48,724 nt of DNA from Candidatus Woesearchaeota archaeon (GTDB lineage Archaea; Nanobdellota; Nanobdellia; Woesearchaeales; ARS49), in the NCBI GenBank assembly GCA_014729195.1, contig WJKI01000013.1:1-48724 (forward strand), read 5' to 3'. Shown here piece after piece: positions 44,933-48,724 of the stretch. Under the pieces are notes generated by a model, which was not told the DNA's origin, ran no database searches, and was given only the letters and a program-made list of their open reading frames with translations. Made by a program: the position numbers and the translations under genes. How positions within the stretch are numbered: position 1 is the stretch's first letter; each line of letters starts with the position of its first letter.

Positions 44933-45631
44933 TCAGAATAATTCTTCTGCCTGTGATGTCCACTGACCGCATTCCCTGCTTTTGGTATCAATATCCCAAT
45001 AATAATCAGCGCAATCTGGGACAGTTGAAGCCAGACAAATACCAACATGATTAGAACTAATATCTCCGACTTTAATACCTACTTGTTCACCAATAAAAGT
45101 CTGGCCATAACCAAGATAAGGAGTTTCAACGCCATTTACCCTAAACGCGGCCTTCCTGTTTTTAATATCCAATAACATTACATTACCTTCAATACCTCTA
45201 AACTGAAAATCCTGCGAATAACTAGCACTTAAGCCACTAGGACTCATGTAAGGAATGACATACCCTCCTTTACAACCAGATAATTGTCTAACTGCCTGGC
45301 CAGTACCGGAATAAGCAAAATACAAACCACCAATAGCAACCAACAATACTGCAACAAAAACAACAGCTTCAAGTCTTCTGGAACTAAACCGCTGAAAAAA
45401 ACCAGAACTCCTTGCTGTTTGAGCCTGTCTTCTTTTCCGGCGTGCTGCCTGCACCCGACTCTTTGATCTTGTCTGAGTTCTTCTCTGACGTGCAGCCTGT
45501 GCACGAGCTCTTGTCTTTTTCCCTGATTGCGCCCGACGTCTTGCCCTTGCCTGTTTCTTTGATTGGGTTCGGGTATTGGCTTGTTTCCGGGCGCCGGCCC
45601 GCCTTTTTGCACGAGATTGAGTCTTCATCAA
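44933..45631 (-). CDS. single-pass membrane protein with an Arg-rich cytoplasmic N-tail
   Basis: About two dozen Arg residues occur in the first ~85 aa (RAKRRAGARK...ARARRRAQ...AARRKRRQ). A TM helix AVVFVAVLLVAIGGLYFAY follows, then a ~120-aa Cys-containing ectodomain. Confidence 0.55.
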   Translation of the reverse strand: MMKTQSRAKRRAGARKQANTRTQSKKQARARRRAQSGKKTRARAQAARQRRTQTRSKSRVQAARRKRRQAQTARSSGFFQRFSSRRLEAVVFVAVLLVAIGGLYFAYSGTGQAVRQLSGCKGGYVIPYMSPSGLSASYSQDFQFRGIEGNVMLLDIKNRKAAFRVNGVETPYLGYGQTFIGEQVGIKVGDISSNHVGICLASTVPDCADYYWDIDTKSRECGQWTSQAEELF

Positions 45632-45719
45632 ATCACCTCTTAATATACTATAATCAGAAGAACTTCTTTATAAACTTTACCTAAAATTTGTTTTATATAT
45701 CTAAACAACTTTTGTTAAA

Positions 45720-46376
45720 TTATCTTTTGTGAAAAAGATATTTTACCCCAATTTTTCTGAGCATAGACATTCCTCTTGCCCAAGGCAAAGGAGCAATCCT
45801 GCCATCTCCTTTTGTTGTTTTGTTCCTGATTGCTTTTTTTAAACTGCCCTTGAATAAAGTATATCCTTTACCTATTTCATAATAAAAATGAGCATCAGAA
45901 CCGCCAGTTTCTGCTAACTTATATTTTCTCGCAGCCACCAAAGCATAAAAATTCTCCCAATGAAAAGTATTTCTTGAATTATGAACTTCAACACCATCCA
46001 AATTTTTTAATTCTTTCAAGTCAACCTTTGCACACTTTCTTATGATTCCATGGCCGAAGGGATGGGCAATAACCGCAATACCGCCCTGCTTATGAATTTC
46101 CTTGATGACTTTTAACGGTTCTCTTTCTTTGATTTCTCTTTTAAGATAATATCCTATTATTTCTCCTGCTTTTGTTTTTATTTCAGCGCCAATAATCACT
46201 TCAAAGTTTTTATCCTTGTTTAATTTCTTTGCCTCTAAACCGCCTTTAATCGTATTATGATCAGTAATTGCAATACCATTAAGTTTCCTTTTTTTAGCAA
46301 TTCTAAGAATTTTAGAAGGCCGCATATTACTGCAGCTGGAAAAATGAGAATGAATGTGAAGATCGTATTTTTTCAT
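45720..46376 (-). CDS. PHP-domain metal-dependent phosphoesterase
   Basis: Starts MKKYDLHIHSHFSS. Contains ITDHNT, IAHP and GGSDAH. ATG 46376 is preferred over the track TTG 46397. Confidence 0.8.
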   Translation of the reverse strand: MKKYDLHIHSHFSSCSNMRPSKILRIAKKRKLNGIAITDHNTIKGGLEAKKLNKDKNFEVIIGAEIKTKAGEIIGYYLKREIKEREPLKVIKEIHKQGGIAVIAHPFGHGIIRKCAKVDLKELKNLDGVEVHNSRNTFHWENFYALVAARKYKLAETGGSDAHFYYEIGKGYTLFKGSLKKAIRNKTTKGDGRIAPLPWARGMSMLRKIGVKYLFHKR

Positions 46377-46398
46377 TGTATTGATAAGGTTAACCAAG

Positions 46399-47049
46399 TT
46401 ATTTAAAGATTGCTATAGTTGATGCACTTTTTCTTCCAAAAATCGGTCCATCTTTTACCTGAAATTCCAATTTTTTTAATTTTTCTCTCAAATGAGTTGC
46501 GCAGGAATATGTTGCGAGAATTGAACCCGGCTTCATAACTTGTTTTATGCTCTTTAAGAAATCTAAAGTCCACAATCCCGGGCATTTTTTAGGAGAAAAA
46601 GGATCAAGGAAAACCGCATCAAACTTTTGATTAATTTTCTTAATAGTTTCTTTTGCATCTCCTAACAGGATTTTGATTTGAATGTTCTTGTCAATTATCA
46701 CCGAATTAAATTTATCCAATTTTTGAATCAATCTGAATGATTTGAACGGAGCTTTAATTTCTTTTATCAAATCAAACAATTTTACATCTTCTTCCAAGCC
46801 GATAACATTAATCTTACAATCAGGATTAGACTCAAGTGCTGCATCTATTGCCGCAGCAGTGTTGTATCCTAAACCGAAACATATATCAAGAATAGAAATG
46901 CTCCCTGATTCAGCCAATTTCTTGATATTACACGGCTCTACAAACTTGATTTTGGCTTCAGAAACTGCGCCCGCCAAACAATGATAAGTCTCATCAAACT
47001 TTTCATTATGAAAAGTTATTGAGTTGTCCTTTGTTATTATTTGTTTCAT
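46399..47049 (-). CDS. MnmC-like SAM-dependent methyltransferase domain protein
   Basis: Contains DETYHCLAGAVSEA, ILDICFGLGYN and DAVFLDPFSPKKCPGLWT. The start at MKQII (47049) overlaps the end of the hel308 fragment. Confidence 0.6.
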   Translation of the reverse strand: MKQIITKDNSITFHNEKFDETYHCLAGAVSEAKIKFVEPCNIKKLAESGSISILDICFGLGYNTAAAIDAALESNPDCKINVIGLEEDVKLFDLIKEIKAPFKSFRLIQKLDKFNSVIIDKNIQIKILLGDAKETIKKINQKFDAVFLDPFSPKKCPGLWTLDFLKSIKQVMKPGSILATYSCATHLREKLKKLEFQVKDGPIFGRKSASTIAIFK

Positions 47050-48511
47050 TTTTAATACCCACCTGTTCCAAAATGTTTTCTGCAACTTTTTTACTTCCCA
47101 ATACTTGAGTTAAAAATTCAGGTTTTGCTTTTCTTAGATCAGATAATTTCTTTAGATTTGCTTTGAACAGCTTTCTGGCTCTAACTCTACCAATATTTTT
47201 CAACTTTAATAATGACAGCAATTCCTCTTTAACACCGTATCTTAATCTAAACTTTAATTTTATAATATCCTTTAAAATTTCCTGTTTTTGCTGAATTCTG
47301 GCTATTTCATACAAAGCATATAACAGCCAATTTGCAGTTTCTATTTTCATTCTGACAATGCCCGGTCCGACATCATAATTTTCCATAAGATAATCATCAT
47401 CTTTTTCCTCAATCCACTCATTTAACATAAAACTAGTTTTTATTGAATTTAGATAAACATCATACTCTGGATCAAACATAGAAGGTTCATTGGTAATGAA
47501 ACTTTCATCATATTTTGCTATCTCTTCCTGAAAATCATCATATTCTCTTAATTTTACTCTCAACAATGGACGCATTTCCAGAGTATTTGAGATAAGTTGC
47601 AATAAAGACAAGGCATTCACCTTGCTACCTGTTTTTTCCAAAGCAACAACAAACTCATGAGCAGTAAAAGGATCAATATATAACTCAGCAATTCTCCTGC
47701 CCAACACAGTTGCCCGAAACTTACTATCCGTGTATTGAATAAACTCCCAGGATTCTAGAAGTTTCAACATTCTAACAATAGTCTGTTCTAATTTCTTTAA
47801 ATCCTTAAACTGAAATGCCCAAAAAGTCTTTTCAAAAAAACTTAAAATCTGTTCCTTGGTCTGGATAACTTTTGTTGCAATCAGAGATAATAGATATGTT
47901 CTTAACACAGGCTCAACAGCCAGCTTAGAATAAATATCTTCCGGCTCACCTTGCACATATTTTTCTGTTAATGCATCTTTTTGACCATCACTTGAAGAAA
48001 CCAAAATTGCTTCACCAAAAGTATCATAATTAGGTCTTCCTGCTCTGCCAGACATCTGCAAATATTCCAAAACAGGAATGTCAGTCATGCCTCTTCCGGT
48101 GTATCTTTTAGTATCTCGTATGATCGCTCTGAAAGCTGGGAGATCTAACCCCGCTGCTAAAGTAGGAGTACAGCAAATAATTTTTATATTACCCTGCCTA
48201 AAATTAGATTCAATCAATTCTTTTTGTTTAGAATGCAAACTCGCATGATGAAACGCAATACCTTTTTCTAGACACACAGATAATCTTCTGCATTGTTTAG
48301 TGGGTTTTTGGACTGCTTTTAATGCAGTTGAAGACAATTCATTCAATTCTTTACTCGTCTGTTTTAATTTCTTAGCTATCTCTTCTGCACATTTCTCAGC
48401 TGATTTTTTAGTATTTACAAAAACCAGGGCCTGCTTGTTACTCTTCAGAGTATCCAAAGCAAGATTAACAATAGAATCTGCATATTTTTTCTCTACTTTT
48501 AAAACAGACAT
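47006..48511 (-). CDS. Hel308/Ski2-like helicase, C-terminal portion only (RecA2, WH, ratchet, HhH)
   Basis: Begins at motif IV (QALVFVNTKKSAE). Has motif V TPTLAAGLDLPA and motif VI QMSGRAGRP, and a C-terminal HhH NIGRVRARKL. There is no Walker A or DEAH. A TATA-like CTATATAAA lies ~30 nt upstream of the ATG. Confidence 0.8.
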   Translation of the reverse strand: MSVLKVEKKYADSIVNLALDTLKSNKQALVFVNTKKSAEKCAEEIAKKLKQTSKELNELSSTALKAVQKPTKQCRRLSVCLEKGIAFHHASLHSKQKELIESNFRQGNIKIICCTPTLAAGLDLPAFRAIIRDTKRYTGRGMTDIPVLEYLQMSGRAGRPNYDTFGEAILVSSSDGQKDALTEKYVQGEPEDIYSKLAVEPVLRTYLLSLIATKVIQTKEQILSFFEKTFWAFQFKDLKKLEQTIVRMLKLLESWEFIQYTDSKFRATVLGRRIAELYIDPFTAHEFVVALEKTGSKVNALSLLQLISNTLEMRPLLRVKLREYDDFQEEIAKYDESFITNEPSMFDPEYDVYLNSIKTSFMLNEWIEEKDDDYLMENYDVGPGIVRMKIETANWLLYALYEIARIQQKQEILKDIIKLKFRLRYGVKEELLSLLKLKNIGRVRARKLFKANLKKLSDLRKAKPEFLTQVLGSKKVAENILEQVGIKNETNNNKGQLNNFS

Positions 48512-48635
48512 AAACAGTATTATTTATAGAACATTTATATAGGTTGTGGAGGGTTGAGCAGTGGGTATATACATTTTTAGCGCGAACGGCATAATTAGTT
48601 GTAAGAAATAGAGAAAATAAAAATAGCATAAAAAA

Positions 48636-48723
48636 TGGGCCTGCGGAGATTTGAACTCCGGACCTCACGATTTCTATCTTTTTGATATCAGTCGTGCGCT
48701 CCACCAGGCTAAGCTACAGGCCC
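48636..48723 (-). tRNA. tRNA-Ile (GAU) with a canonical 14-nt intron after position 37
   Basis: Hand fold: GGGCCTG-TA-GCTT-AGCCTGGTG-GAGC-G-CACGA-CTGATA[TCAAAAAGATAGAA, 48672-48685]A-TCGTG-AGGTC-CGGAG-TTCAAAT-CTCCG-CAGGCCC-A. Confidence 0.85.
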
Positions 48724-48724
48724 A

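Overview
This is an AT-rich, tightly packed archaeal chromosomal segment with about 60 protein genes and 4 tRNA genes. Most spacers are under 120 nt and many neighbouring genes have overlapping start and stop codons. The gene content is clearly archaeal: aEF-1beta plus its Zn-ribbon partner, TFS, ribosomal protein uS15 (S13e type), diphthine synthase, Trm1, TYW1/Taw1, NucS/EndoMS, XPD, Hel308, ATP-dependent DNA ligase, archaeal-type topoisomerase IA, Pol X, FtsZ and intron-containing tRNAs. Several traits fit a small-genome DPANN-type archaeon, though this is an inference and not a database result. These traits are strong GGAGGTGAT-type ribosome-binding sites, many lipobox-type secreted proteins, Lys/Glu-rich coiled-coil proteins and a domain-precise split helicase. 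I saw no rRNA, CRISPR array, transposase or integrase. The parts that ordinary annotation does not explain are mostly non-coding. (1) A 432-nt spacer holds two promoter-led hairpin RNAs whose 5' tails copy the anti-Shine-Dalgarno sequence. (2) A cluster of four hairpins upstream of ftsZ each displays CGCCAA in the loop. (3) Two tRNA genes are each followed, exactly 88 nt downstream, by a degenerate copy of their own 3' end, with two hairpins in between. (4) Both tRNA-Gln genes carry 30-31 nt insertions at non-canonical positions, one in the T arm and one in the D arm. (5) GC-rich structured leaders ending in U-tracts sit directly upstream of mgtC and tmk. Among the proteins, four stand out: a bacterial-type sigma-70 gene in an archaeal context, a circularly permuted RimK-like ATP-grasp enzyme, a Hel308 gene that starts exactly at the RecA2 domain, and a TtuA/NcsA-like protein without its PP-loop. 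All functional calls come from motif recognition by eye. No searches were run.
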